A stretch of 26,196 bases of DNA, taken from the NCBI GenBank assembly GCA_030141605.1, contig JAQGDQ010001769.1, positions 1 through 26,196 of the forward strand. Direction: 5' to 3'. A program made the position numbers and the translations under genes. The DNA comes from Tubiluchus corallicola. Taxonomy: Eukaryota; Animalia; Priapulida. Shown piece by piece: positions 9,891-22,900 of this stretch. How positions within the stretch are numbered: the stretch's first letter is position 1; each line of letters begins with the position of its first letter. Below the pieces are notes generated by a model. It was not told where the DNA came from. It was given only the letters and a program-made list of their open reading frames with translations, and ran no database searches.

Positions 9891-10505
9891 ATCAGCTATG
9901 ACATACACAGAGCACTATTATTAGATCAGCTATGACACACACAGAACACTATTATTAGATCAGCTACGACATACACAGAACACTATTATTAGATCAGCTA
10001 TGACATACACAGAACACTATTATTAGATCAGCTATGACATACAAAGAACACTATTATTAGATCAGCTATGACACACACAGAACACTATTACTGAATCAGC
10101 TATGGCACACACAGAACACTATTATTAGATCAGCTATGACATACACAGAACACTATTATTAGATCAGCTACGACATACACAGAACACTATTATTAGTTCA
10201 GCTATGACATACACAGAACACTATTATTAGATCAGCTATGACATACACAGAACACTATTATTAGAACAGCTATGACATACACAGAACACTATCATTAGAT
10301 CAACTATGACATATACAGAACACTATTACTAGATCAGCTATGACATACACAGAACACTATTATTAGATCAGCTATGACATACACAGAACACTATTATTAG
10401 ATCAGCTATGACATACACAGAACACTATTATTAGATCAGCTATGACACACACAGAACACTATTACTGGATCAGCTATGGCACACACAGAACACTATTATT
10501 GGATC
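9891..10505. repeat. 34-bp minisatellite, about 18 copies
   Basis: Head-to-tail unit ATCAGCTATGACATACACAGAACACTATTATTAG with no spacers. Confidence 0.96.
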
Positions 10506-10675
10506 TGTATATGTATATGTATATGTATATATGTATATGTATAGTATGTGCATGTGTATGTGTATACGTAAACGTATATGTATATGTATATGTATAGTAT
10601 GTGTATGTGTATGTGTATACGTATATGTATATCTATATCTATATGTATATGTATATGTATAGCATATGTATATAG
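10506..10675. repeat. Degenerate (TATATG)n microsatellite
   Basis: Read directly from the sequence. Confidence 0.92.
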
Positions 10676-10861
10676 TAAACAAAACTTTTCTTCCTATGAA
10701 TGAATCATATTAATGTGATATTAACGACTAAAACAACGAAAATAACGGGTTGGATAAGTTTTTTCTACCCGGAATACTTTATCCCCATAATTATTTGGCA
10801 AGTTTGAGGCAGAAAAATAATTGCTAACTTACGTAACACAGTTATCGGTATCAGTACTTAC

Positions 10862-10971
10862 ATTTATTAGTTCATCTTTGGTGCGAAATTCGTTTATAAC
10901 AACGTTTTTCCTATCACGAACCCGAGTTAAAGAAATGTGCAATCTTCCGGTACAAATTTCATGAGCATTAT
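10862..10971 (-). CDS. PNPLA2: PNPLA2/ATGL coding exon 3
   Basis: Acceptor TATTTACAG; encodes (D)[36 protein letters not shown], matching ATGL GRLxISLTRV...KDELI. Donor GTAAGT; 110 nt, phase 1-0. Confidence 0.95.
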
Positions 10972-12062
10972 CTGTAAATAACATATATCAGAATTACTAA
11001 TTAGATAGGAAAAAACGGCACAAACTTTTGGCAAACTGACAAAAACAATAATGTCCAGATTGTGATTTGTCCATTCTCGGACGACATGTGGAAATATTAG
11101 TTTTCTTTCCCAGAGTATAACAAGAGTAATACTTTAAAATGTCCAATCACTAATGTATATGTATATGTATATGTCAGAAAATTCCACCAAAGTCAGAAAA
11201 TTCCACCCAAATTTGTAATTCCGTACCAAACTTACATAGAAAGTACACAGAAAGGACAAGAAAAGTCTCAGAAAATTTTAGCTAAAGAATTATAACGGTT
11301 AGAGGTAATCTTAAGCGTTTATCGTGCTTGCGTTAAAAGAACTTCTTGTTTTGTTTTCATTTTAAATACTCCAGCGAAACTGTCACGGCGGCGCCCATAT
11401 TAGATGGCGTCACAGAACCACGACACAAATCTTTATTGTACACGTGCTCAGAACTCACTGTGACGGTGTTCGAGTGACGTCATGCCACGTGATCAGTCAC
11501 ATGCTGGCTTTTCAATTGGCGGACTAAATGAAACATGTCTGCGCCAAAGTTTACTGCAGCGGTTGAAATATTTTACAAAAATTGGAGTAAATGCGAAAAC
11601 GCGAGTACTTTATTCGCTTAACATTATATTTAGGTGATATAGTTTTTTATTGCGAATATTCTGAGGCTAGTTTGGTTGGCCATCTTCTTGTCCTTTAATT
11701 CCTAAAGCAGTTTTTGTAGCAAATGTACAACTGGCTTTAAATACACTTCACTGAACTCAAAATATTATGCCAATGTGCATAATTATATAAATAGTGAATG
11801 AATTACAAAACAGGTTTAATTGTGCAAGCCAGTGCTTAACTCATTAGCTACTCATTAGTTACTCATTAAGTCAACAAATGACTCAACTTACTAGTTAAGC
11901 CACACGGCCTGTATTGCTCCTCAAAGGTAAACAGCATTAAAATCAACAATGAGAATGTAAACATGTTAGCTTTTCCTAGACTGCACAATTGAAAAATCAA
12001 AAAGCACATATTTCTCACACGATGTAACTAAGTCACAAAATAAACTGCACAGGAAGAGATAC

Positions 12063-12185
12063 CTGGAAGAAGAAAGAGAAGGCCGTCTCGGAGAATCTTT
12101 GTTATTTGAAAACTCGGATGTAAAGGTCCCAGAGCGCGTGACCGCGCCTTCGTTGCAACTCTCAGAACGTCTGTTGTAGCTTGAC
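12063..12185 (-). CDS. PNPLA2: PNPLA2/ATGL coding exon 2
   Basis: Acceptor TTTTTACACAG; encodes (G)QATTDVLRVATKARSRALGPLHPSFQITKILRDGLLFLLP with the ATGL motif LGPLHPSF. Donor AG|GTATCT; 123 nt, phase 1-1. Not in the ORF track. Confidence 0.95.
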
Positions 12186-12363
12186 CTGTGTAAAAAATTT
12201 TTTATTACATATCACTGTTTGCGGTGGCTAAGCAACATTCTTATAATTATGAACAAACTGAGTTGAATGTGACTGATTTAGTGATTTTCGCCAATCAAAA
12301 AGATTTGTACCATTGTTTATGGCGCAGTGATAAGGTAGCAGTGAAATATACATCATATGTATA

Positions 12364-13402
12364 ATGTTAGAAAATTTATTAATTCAAGTCAGGTGTGAAG
12401 GGAAATTGAGTCAGCCGTTTTCTACAAACAAAGGAGTACCTCAGGGTGACAGCCTAAGCCCTGTACTTTTTACTTTATATCTTGCCATAGCTCTCACTGA
12501 GGACAAAGTTATACCATTGAAAGACCTAGAAGATCACAACTACACAATTCTTGATCCTGAATTAATACCGAATGAAGTAAGACAAGAACACAGCTACAGC
12601 TCTCTACAAAGTAAGTCAACTACTATATCTATGCAGTATGCTGATGATGTGGCATGGGTTACGAGAAACAAAGAAGAAGTAGATGAAATAAAAAACTCAA
12701 TAAAGGAGAAACTGAGCAGAATGGATCTCGTTGTAAACAAAAATAAAACTGAAGAGTTTCATATAACTCGCCATGGTGATGAATCATTGCAAAGATGCAA
12801 GTATCTCGGTAGTCTGCTGGCAACAGAAGACGAAATGTCAAGACGGAAGATAATGGCATTATCAGCTTACTCCTCAAAACTCAAAAAAGTTTTTGAGAAT
12901 AGGAAGATTTGTTTGGAAACAAAAATTAGAATATTCTCAGCCTTAGTTGAAACTGTACTTCTGTATAACTCTGAGCTCTGGACATTAAAAGCAAATCATA
13001 AAGCTGAAATCAATGCGTTTCAAAGGCGAAATTACAGAAACATTTTGGGTATTAGATGCCCAAAGAAAATTTCAAACAAAGATCTATATGAAAAAATAAA
13101 AAAAGAACATTGGACAAGAAAAATAAAAAGACGCCGTTTAAGATGGATTGGGCATATGCTTAGACTACCTGATGATGTTCCAGTGAAGATAGCTCTTCAA
13201 CAAGCCATAGAACCAGCTAAAAAACCTGCAGGAGGACAAATGTTAACATATTTAGATTTTGCACAGAACGATTTAAACACTTCAGCATTGATCCTTAGAA
13301 ATAAATCCACTTGGGGCATTTGCGCAAGCAGGGAGTCCTGGCATAGGGAGGTGAGCAGAATCATGTCCCTGGACGTATGATTCATTGGATGAGGATGATG
13401 AG
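12364..13402 (+). mobile_element. 5'-truncated non-LTR retrotransposon (LINE, RTE-like) reverse transcriptase fragment, antisense in ATGL intron 1
   Basis: Uninterrupted 338-aa ORF (12364-13380) with GVPQGDSLSP, YADD, KYLGS, LLYNSELW and RRLRWIGHMLR. It lacks the endonuclease and N-terminal RT subdomains, and a short GATGAG/GAT tail follows the stop. Confidence 0.93.
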
Positions 13403-13688
13403 TGGCTGCTTTGTAGACTTCCTGGTATTTTTTAAACAGAATTTATCGTTTTGCTTAGTGTAATAGATCTGATTTCATAAAGTAATCCTTGTGTTTTAAT
13501 ACAGCAATAATAAGGAAGAAACCTAGAGTCCAGAAGAGCTTAAACATAGTATGCAATTGAACATATACAGTAACTAGATCAGTCATATGCAACAATGACT
13601 ATTACAGAGTCCATAAGAACAATAAGGAATTTTTTATATGCTTTGGCACACTGCAAGACAATCTAGCACTCAAATGCAGGTCCTACTC

Positions 13689-13903
13689 AAAAAGATGTTT
13701 ACGTCATTATCGAGGGGTATTCCTGTAAAATGAGCCACTGAATTAGCCGAAGTGCCTCAACTACGTTAGAACATACGTGCGTCCTTCTTTTATGAGGCAT
13801 ACACCGAAGGTTTATGAACAATAATGGCTAGCGCCAGTATCGAACCCAGGCGGCTGCATGCCGAGTCTTACACAAAGTGTGTGCGCCTACCTACTTAGCC
13901 ATG
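13689..13903 (-). mobile_element. tRNA-derived SINE
   Basis: Minus strand has A-box TGGCTAAGTAGG, B-box GGTTCGATACT, a body of about 130 bp and a GACGTAAACA end followed by a T-run. Confidence 0.6.
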
Positions 13904-14197
13904 AATCTCACCACATATCATCTACCTGGTTCTGTTGTTGTCGAAGTCAGTAGGCCAATAATTGACTTCTGTAAATTTTTTCACACAATTTTATTTTATT
14001 TCTTTAGGTTCTCGGATAAACCAACCACAATGTTTAAAATTTAAAGAAAATCATACAGCCATATTTTCTGTGTAATACTTCAAAGTGCCTTTTTGCTGCT
14101 ACTACATTATTTACTGTAAGGTTAAATAAGTTTAAATGTAAAAAAGTAAAATTAGACAAACTGCATCAACCGTTACTATTTGCAAGACGCAACTGAT

Positions 14198-14424
14198 TAT
14201 CGCTCAGCTTTCCTTTAGACTAGACCAGCGAGGGAGAGAGGGGGTTTCTGTTGTCTGGGCAACTCAGGATCTCCAAATACCTTGCCCAGGCATGCGCCCT
14301 GGAGACGTTCAAAGATCGGACTGCTCAGCCACAGTCGACGCTGCAGCTCCATCAATGTGATCAATAACTGACTCTCTTGGCGCACATTCCATTGTCTTCC
14401 GAGACAGAAGGATGCCAACCAACC
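14198..14424 (+). mobile_element. RTE-derived non-autonomous retroelement, 5'-truncated copy 2 (inverted relative to copy 1)
   Basis: Reverse complement of about 3073-3300, with roughly 17 mismatches in about 228 bp by eye. Reads RSKIGLLSHSRRC and ends GATGCCAACCAACCA. Confidence 0.85.
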
Positions 14425-15879
14425 ATTACATTGAAATGATCAGGTTTGTCTCATGGACACGTATAGATTAACCTGCAGGGGGCCACGATTGTCTCGACTG
14501 GCTTAACTATACATCACCTAGGTTCTAATACCTTCTTTTATTCCTGTCTTTTTCTCTTTTCTTTTTTTCTCATCTCCTACGTAATTGTTGCTTCTTCTCA
14601 TACTTACTTTTTCTCATAAATTTTTCTATATTACACTTTTTGATGCTTATTTTTTTTCTTTTCATACTCTCAGTTTTTAACTTTACTCACTAACCTTGGT
14701 CAAATTCCCCTGTTAATAAGACTCCATTTGAAACTACTACATATAATAATCCTAATTACAGAATAACTGTATTGTTTTGTTTAGATTTGGGTATCAACTT
14801 TATTATTTTTTGTTTTCAGTTCTTTTTGGATGATTTGTATCATTTATACTGTTTTTATTATTATTTTTTTCTTATTTGTTTTTGTTTTTGTTATCTGCAG
14901 CATCACCGTTAATTTTTAATATACTAATCTATTTATAAGAAAGGGCAGGAGACTAGATGATCCTATGGTCCTTCCCTGCCCTGCTCCATGATTATAATTA
15001 CTTAATATTTAAAAAACTTTTGATGTTAAACTAACTGGAGAAGAGGAATGTTCTATGTTCTATGTCTATGTCTGACATCACATACTAGCGCACTAACATC
15101 CTATAATTGTACATCATTAGTTATGTACATTTATTTAAAAGACATTAAATTCTATCTTAACACGATTCGCACGATATTCGTTTTAGCAGTTCTACTAACA
15201 AGTACTACTACCTGTAATTATACTTTGCTACGGTAAACACTACGCAGTACACAGTATGTGTTCACAGAATGGGCTGGCAGTTCTTCATTATTAATCAATT
15301 TTTATGAATAATCAATACGTCAAATTACTGCTACAGTGCTTAGTAAGTTAAGTAATATGATATGGTCTATTTCCTGGGCTAACAAAGCTCTCAGTCCCAG
15401 AACTTATTGGTTTCTCCACATCGGTAATTGCTGCAGCCATACAGTTCATGCACGAAGTTCAAGCAAAGTTCATCTGCGCTTGCGGTTCACTCAAAGTTCG
15501 TAACGTTGGCACTCTAGCAAAATAACATTTTAACACAGCTTTCTGCACGCCAGCCATACAAGAACTATAGAAGACCTCTCTCAAGGACACACTTCCGTCT
15601 CTGCACAGCTTGCGGGATTACAGTAATGTAGGTTAAGTACCCAAAGGTGTGTTTGTTATATTATCAGAGACTGGACATTCTTATCAATCACAGTCACATG
15701 ATAATAATTTGCAAATGATTAAAAGCCTGGAATTGACCTTGCTGATTGAGAGCAGAATGTCCTATAGACTGTGTTCACTACTTTCACATATCTCTACACT
15801 TGATTCTATCTTTGAAACTCGAAATATCGACGTGTTTTTATGAGTTAGCCTGGAAAAACTAGACAGGGCTACACTTCAA

Positions 15880-16041
15880 ATGCAGGTAAAAAACTTACAG
15901 AAAAGTCTCAAGAAAAAAGGCACAGGAAAAAAAGAAATAACCTAACCCTATCCCTAACCCTACCCCTAAACAAAATTAATTGTGAGCTTCTTCCTAGACA
16001 GAATTGTGATTTTTTGTTGTTGTGACTTTACTACTGGTCAT
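15880..16041. mobile_element. Small putative MITE with a CCCTAA-like core
   Basis: Flanked by the direct repeat CTACACTTCAA (15869 and 16042), with loosely inverted CACAG/TGTGA subterminal motifs. The core reads CCTAACCCTATCCCTAACCCTACCCCTAA. Confidence 0.4.
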
Positions 16042-16455
16042 CTACACTTCAATGCATGCAATCTAAACAATCTCTGTGATTGTAACCAAAAAAATGTGAA
16101 ACTTTTAAATGTTAAATAAATTAAACAACAATAATTTAGCTTTGATACAATCATTGAAAAAGCATGATTATAGTGAAGCATAATTTTCGTTAAATACTTT
16201 ATCAATTATCAGTACCCATGCAGTCAAGTACATCACGAATCAATGCAAAGCACGATTATTTTATTTGTTTAAGACGATGTACAACCACCAAACTCTTGCG
16301 GCAGTTTCACCTTCACTAGTAAAAGTTTAGCACAGTTATTTAAATGAACTATAGAAACCAGGCTTGTAAAGTCTATTATTAACACTAGCTCTGTTAACCC
16401 AGTTGTCTTTCACAAAGAAACGTCTGAAAAACAGACGGTCATTATGCTCACGACA

Positions 16456-16533
16456 ATGCAAAAACTACAACACTGATTCAATTGCAAAAACTAGAACAGT
16501 GATTCAATTGCAAAAACTAGAACACTGATTCAA
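16456..16533. repeat. 26-bp tandem repeat, about 3 copies
   Basis: Unit AACACTGATTCAATTGCAAAAACTAG. Confidence 0.8.
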
Positions 16534-16878
16534 CAAAGTTTTTTAGCTACTTTTCTACTAGGCATAAGATTTTTTCACACAAAAATTCATTTAATAATTT
16601 TAATAATATATTATAGTGCAGATTTAAAGTTTAATACATTCTATATACATCAGAGTATTTAATAGAATCTAGTATAGACTCAATTTAACTATATTTAAAC
16701 TGAAGGCAAATATTTAACGACACTATTAGAAATCTTTGAGTATATACTTTTTTCTAATCTGCTTTTTGAAAAAACAATTGCATATACAGAAGTTTAAATG
16801 CCAGGATAATGAAAAAACAGCAGGTATAGCAGATCACAGCAAGCCTCACATTAAACAACCAGTTTCATGTTGTGTTAA

Positions 16879-17067
16879 CAAATAACAGTGAATTGTTATT
16901 AACAATCAACTAACAGTGAATAGTTATTAACAATCAAATAACAGTGACTTGTTATTAAAAATCAAATAACAGTGAATTGTTATTAACAATCAAGTAACAG
17001 TGAATTGTTATTAACAATCAAATAACAGTGAATTGTTATTAACAATCAAATAACAGTGAATTGTTAT
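16879..17067. repeat. 28-bp minisatellite with internal hairpin, about 6.7 copies
   Basis: Unit AATAACAGTGAATTGTTATTAACAATCA containing the inverted repeat AATAACA/TGTTATT. Confidence 0.93.
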
Positions 17068-18780
17068 GAACACTGTTCATTCTACAACCTAAATTATGAC
17101 AACAAAAATTAAAATACATAATGAATGAGTATACAAACTTAGTGCATATAAACAAAGCTGTAAAGTTTTTCTATTACATGGGACATGGTACTTACGTAAA
17201 CTGATATTAATTTACCATTTTCAGTAATATAGATTTCTTAAGTCTTATTAATTATTATAATAGTATTCAGCAGTTTTATGAGACATATATTATTTGTATA
17301 TGGAACAGTTTCTGCATTTATTTCTATATTATTATTTATTAACTTTAACTACCTTCAAGTAAAAGTTTCTAGGTGATAAATAATAATAATACAGCTGCCT
17401 GCAAAAAGCCGCATGACACTCAGAAGGCATTTAGGGAGACAAGATGGCACCAAACACCAAGATGTTCAGCATCACGTACTTCACGAGTTTATAGTGGGAA
17501 AATTGAGTAAGTGTGTTTCACATGTAAACATCGTATACCATGAAGATTTTGATGCTTTTTACTAATTTAATTTATATACTGTTTTAATCTCTTAGCAAAT
17601 GATGTCATTTTTGTTTAGCAATGACAGTAAGTACTTTGAAAACCAAATAGGATCCAATGATACAGACTTATAACTTTGTGTTCATGAATTATAACTAAGT
17701 CATTTTAAAACAGATAAACACCTGTGACAGTCCAGTCTACACTACAGTAGACAGCTATAGAGGTGACTGATTAGTACACTAATGAAGTAGTTTTGAACTC
17801 ATATTTCCATATATTTTTCATATATGGCCATACTTTTTTGCAGCATGTATGATGCAAAAAGGTGTTGGTTTTCCCACTTTTGATCTGACACGTCAACTCA
17901 ATTAAAATCCTTAATATTTTAATGAAGCTTTAGGCAGAAGTCACAAGGTACAGAGCACTTGCCGTTGCTGGCTTCCACCTAAATGGCACTGATCACATTT
18001 ACACCTTGGCACGACTTACCAGACCATGTATAAGATCATTTTGTTGTTAAACTGAGAGAGATCCTATGCTGTAATAAGTGTCGCTACATAAGCACAATAA
18101 GTGAGTGTGTAGCTGACTTCACATGGAAGTTTGCATACATTGGTAACGAAAATGGGCAAGCAAAATAATAAAATGAGAGTTGTAACCCAAGGCTTATTAC
18201 AATTTTACAAAACGGTTTGCATGACTCTCTCGCTTTCTAGCCTTTGACGTGCATGGCAAAGAAGTTTTAGTTAATACAAAATATGATGATATCACATGTA
18301 CGTAAAGTCATACCAAGCGAAACAAGCGTATTATTTGTTCTACACTCATTATTGTACACTTGTAACTACTTATTACCTGCAGATATCAAAAATTTTAAAC
18401 AGTATGCGGACACAGATAGATATTGTTTTAGCTTTTTGAATGATGAATGGAATGCTACAAAAATTGTAGTTGCTGTATATAAATTACCGTAACGTGAATT
18501 TGAAAAATACGAGAAATGTCTTAATTATTACTAAAAATCTTCTCTACTCACTGTCACTATGTCCAGCAGAAAACGATCAGCTGAATATAACAAACTACCA
18601 AGCGACCACCATATATATATATATATATATATATATACTCACTTTGGATTAGGCCCATATATAGATATATATATACATCTAATAATAATTACACAATTAA
18701 GTGTGGACCTAAACCATTTGATTACCGAAGTAGTGTAAGCCATTAGAGATCACAAGATACTATTATGTAACACAACTCAC

Positions 18781-18958
18781 CTAAATCTACATCACAAAGT
18801 AACCCAGCAGCAGTTAAAGCACCAGCAGAAGCGCCAGAAATTTTCACGAGCCTATTTCCATTTGGTTGACAAATATCAGGCGCATATTCTCTGAAACAAC
18901 AAGCTACACCTACGTGGTATATTCCTAAAAATCCACACCCTGCAAACGATAGATTCAT
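18781..18958 (-). CDS. PNPLA2: PNPLA2/ATGL (brummer-like) triacylglycerol lipase, coding exon 1
   Basis: Encodes [18 protein letters not shown]...[11 protein letters not shown]...DL(G), with the patatin GxGxxG oxyanion motif and GASAG nucleophile elbow. Donor AG|GTGAGT at 18780; 178 nt, phase 1. Confidence 0.96.
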
Positions 18959-19017
18959 CTACACGTAATCTGTGTTTTAGTATATTCTGCGCCACGTACT
19001 ATTTTGTCATTCATCAA

Positions 19018-19167
19018 AACTGACTTTCAGAAAGAGTAAATGGTAAAAAACAAAGTTCACGAAAAGTACATACACACCCGGAGAAGACACATTCACATTT
19101 TGTTGTCATACGATGATGACGTCACTGACGTAGTAGAGGTGTCAGCCAAATACTGCAAAATGATTGG
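19018..19167 (-). promoter_or_regulatory. Putative ATGL proximal promoter with Inr-like, CRE and CCAAT motifs
   Basis: TCAGTT (19023-19018), full CRE TGACGTCA (19117-19124), adjacent TGACG half-site (19126-19130) and CCAAT on the minus strand (19167-19163), all within about 210 bp of the ATG. No transcript evidence. Confidence 0.5.
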
Positions 19168-19215
19168 CCACGAAGAAGTAACGCTGGGCGTCTTTCTCGA
19201 GCAGGCAAATATGTT

Positions 19216-19997
19216 GGGCGCCGAAAAATCCACTAGCCGATGTAGGACAATTGGCGTACATGGGCTGCCCAAGTAGGACGCGTCGTACATGGGCTAGCCC
19301 AAGTAGGACGCGTGGTACATGGGCTGCCCAAGTAGGACACTAGAGACAGGTCGCGAATTGAGTCGCTAAGCGTACTGGCACCGTCCGTTGTCCTTGTTTA
19401 CGTAATAATAATAATAATTAAAAACGTCAATGCATGTTGAATAATTTATTATACGTCAGTTAAAATAAAAGAATTTTATTCTGAGCTAGAAGAATTAATA
19501 TTTGCTAATATTAATTTTCTTTGAAGTGAAATAAGCGCACTTTTTAGGCGATTGCAACATTTGCTTAAGGTATATCATTTTTTATTTTGTCTTGCTTCAC
19601 AGACAGGTGATCCTTTTCACTCCCTCTTGGACAAATAATTGTTTTCTACTAAGTAAACGGGTCAGCAAGTTATGTGCCCTACATAGTTTCTCTCTTTAAA
19701 GCATTAGATACTTAGTTTAATATTATGATGATATTTATGGAGCTCATAATAATAATGATTATATTGTTGTAACAAATACATTTGTTAATTGTCAAGGACT
19801 ATCCATCGTTATTATAAAGTTACTTTTTTCTAAAACAAATTTAATTTTACGTTTTATTATGTCATAAATCTCGATTCTTGACAGAAATCGCTAGTGTCCT
19901 ACTTGGGCTGCCCATGTACGACACTGCTTTTCCGCAAATTTAGCACATGCGTTTTACCGGAAGTGTCCTACTTCGGCTAGTGGCTTACTCGGCGCCC
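19216..19997. mobile_element. Non-autonomous DNA transposon/MITE (782 bp) upstream of the ATGL promoter
   Basis: TIRs of about 34 bp (GGGCGCCGA.....CCACTAGCCGA.GTAGGACA). Subterminal 29-30-bp repeats GTACATGGGCTGCCCAAGTAGGAC occur three times on the left and once inverted on the right, around an AT-rich core. No clear TSD. Confidence 0.82.
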
Positions 19998-22900
19998 TAC
20001 AAAAGATGCCTTTAAGCTGGGTTAACGTTAACTCGAGGGGATAAAGGTAGACTCGTTTCCCAGAGTTTTTTCCTGGAAAAGATTTTTCCCAGAATTGCCA
20101 TTTTTACTTCTTAGAAAATTTTTTCCCAGAAGCCTGATTTCATAGAAAATGAAACTCACGCAGAAAATGTAATAAATCCTTACGGTATAAAAAGTAGTTA
20201 AATTTAACTACGTGTATTGACTAATAAGGATCACATGCTAAGAAAATGTCCAATTCATTAAGGAAAGAAAGTATATTTGTAACGTCAGAACGATTAAATA
20301 GAGAATGGTCGTCGTCTGCAATGAATACCTTGTTATAAAGAGCTACGAAAACTACAATAATTATGCAGGATTTATTTACCAATAGAACTAGAACAAAATT
20401 TAATTATGATCAAATTAAAGTGCATGATAGGTACATATAATTGCAAAGAACATCTTCATTAAATAAATTTTATTGTGTAATTTTAAAGTGAGCATGAATT
20501 AGGAACAAACAAAATAAATTTTTTTCCTGTCAAAATTATAATGCTGATAACATAGGCTGATTAAATCTTTTACAACCTACAATGTACAATGTTACAACAC
20601 AAATCAAGCATCAAAGCTGTTCCATCTTGTGTAGTTGTAACTGTAGAAAAGAGGTCTGAAAAAATATACTATAGATCGTATTATAATGACTAAAAAAGTA
20701 AGAATCAGCAATAAAATTATATAAAAAAGTAGTTTTTTTGTTTTTAAATGTAGTAGCAATTCCCAAAAACTACATATCAACATCGTACACCTATGCAACA
20801 CAGGGACACTAAAGTTATATATAATACTTAATAATTTTTATGGTTATAATAAACTCAATAATAAATTTTGAATAACTAATGACATTTTATTACTAAATTT
20901 AGCAAAAATAGCACAACAAATAACTACTGTTATGCAAATTACTGTTATTGTTAAATCCATCATGAATGGAGGTACAGCGCTTTATACAAAGAAAATTCAC
21001 TAATCCTGAAAGTGCTAGAAATACCTTAATAAGTAATCTATTCGGCAAATAAGCAACTGAACTTGAAAATCTATTAATTTTGTCTAAACATAAAATCATT
21101 CATGCACCAACAAGATTTTGCAACATCATTGCATGTGAATTTTTCAAATAGAATATTTCAAAACCATTTAATATTCACAAAAAATAATTTAACTTACAAG
21201 TTTCTTTTAATTTTTGCTATAATAATTTAGAATAAACAAATTAATAACAATAAGTTTTACATTATAATTAACATAACATATAAAAAAGACTAGCTAGTTA
21301 CCAATGTAATACTATAAAATCACTGCATATTAACAACTTGAAGCGCTAAAATAATTGTACTTTAAAGTATACCTACATACCTATATAAAATTTCTAGTTA
21401 GTTATCTACGTAGTTAAATAAATTACCCACTACACAGAGATAAAGTCATAGATTTCATAGTCACAAGCAAAGAAAAACACAAAAAATAATTTAACAGAAC
21501 GATTTAAAAATTCTAATATCTCATAATTTATCACAACAGTGATACAATGCTTGACTCAGAGCACAAGAAAACCCTCCACTTACAAAAATTTGAAAAAAAT
21601 TCGTCTTGAAATTTTATATCACTTACATACTGCCTTTTTACATACAGGACTTCAATCGGCAGTCACGCTGTATAAAACATGCAAATTTAAACTCCCGCGA
21701 TGATCGTTAGACGCAGCTATTTTGACGACAGGTCATTTGAAACAAGTTTAGATTGAGTAAAGTTTTAAAAAAATAATCAGAGAATTCGTAGCGCACCTGT
21801 TACTAACTGAGTAAAATTTTAAATTACGGTATCTTGTCAGTAAGATTAAAATAGGTACGTTTTTGGTTAGTGAGTGGTGCACCCTGGAGGGTGAGTCGGC
21901 GACATTTTACTAACAGGTGAAAGCATTTTAAATAATTAGTAATTTTCTTTTCTAGTTACATAAGTCTTTCAAGCAGGTAAGCGAAATGCCAAGTAATATA
22001 ACTTCGCATGGAAAGTTTTTTTGGCACATAGTTTAACATTTCCTTTTCTTCCCCTGATTTACGTGACATAGTGACGTCATGTAATGGCGACTTTGGAACA
22101 GTATTACGGGAGATTTAAAATGAAAACAAACAAAAAATCCTTTTAACGCGAGTAGAATATGCAGCGTAAAAATGCCACAAAGTAATATAATTTTCAAGGA
22201 TGAAACCTTCTTCATGTACTTTCTTGTCCGGTTTCCAAGTAAATTAATAGATTTCATAGTTTTGCATGCGACTTACAAAGGTAATTAATTTTCTCAAATT
22301 TGAAAGCTTTGTCTACTCAAAATACTTCCTAATATAAATCTACATAAATTACAGCTATAAAAATTCAAATTTAATTTACATCAGATATTATAGTGTCGTC
22401 AAAAAGATAAATCTAAATTGTGCATCAAGTAAGCAACATCCAACAGCAGTACTTAATATTACATATATATATATATATATATAATTATGGTATTACATAT
22501 TACGAACTTAATATATTGTATTACGTTAATGGTCGCACAAAGGTGTTTTATTGAAACACGTGAAGGAAATATATTGAGTCAAATATGTATGAGTTTGTAT
22601 TTTTAATGGATAGATGGCGCTAGCACAGGGAGAGTGGTAAACAATAATCAACAGATAGTCATATACACATGTGAACAAATTTTTTAATAAAGTAATGACT
22701 ACTGTATTTACAAAATCCACTGCTTTATCATATTTGTATTTTACGTTTTAAATAAAAACGAAGTTAAAACAAAATATGCGGAGTTCTTTGAGTCAACTAC
22801 CGGCAGTTTTATATGCATCTGAATAGAAGCGGCCTGTGCCAGGTGTTTTTGAGTCAATTAGGTGACTGATTCTATTAACCGTGAGTCTAATAAACGGCAC

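Noticed and set aside
9891-10505. CRISPR-like array (34-bp repeats)
   Set aside because: The units are head-to-tail with no unique spacers, lie in a eukaryotic intron, and no cas genes are present.
11380-11525. Intronic enhancer (CACGTG, TGACGTCA, ATTGG cluster)
   Set aside because: Similar motif clusters occur inside MITE-like repeats in this window, so it cannot be told apart from a transposon interior.
15938-15969. Interstitial telomere
   Set aside because: Only about five degenerate CCCTAA-like units inside a small repeat element.
19040-19290. Overlapping small ORFs upstream of ATGL
   Set aside because: They span the promoter and MITE junction and show no recognisable homology.
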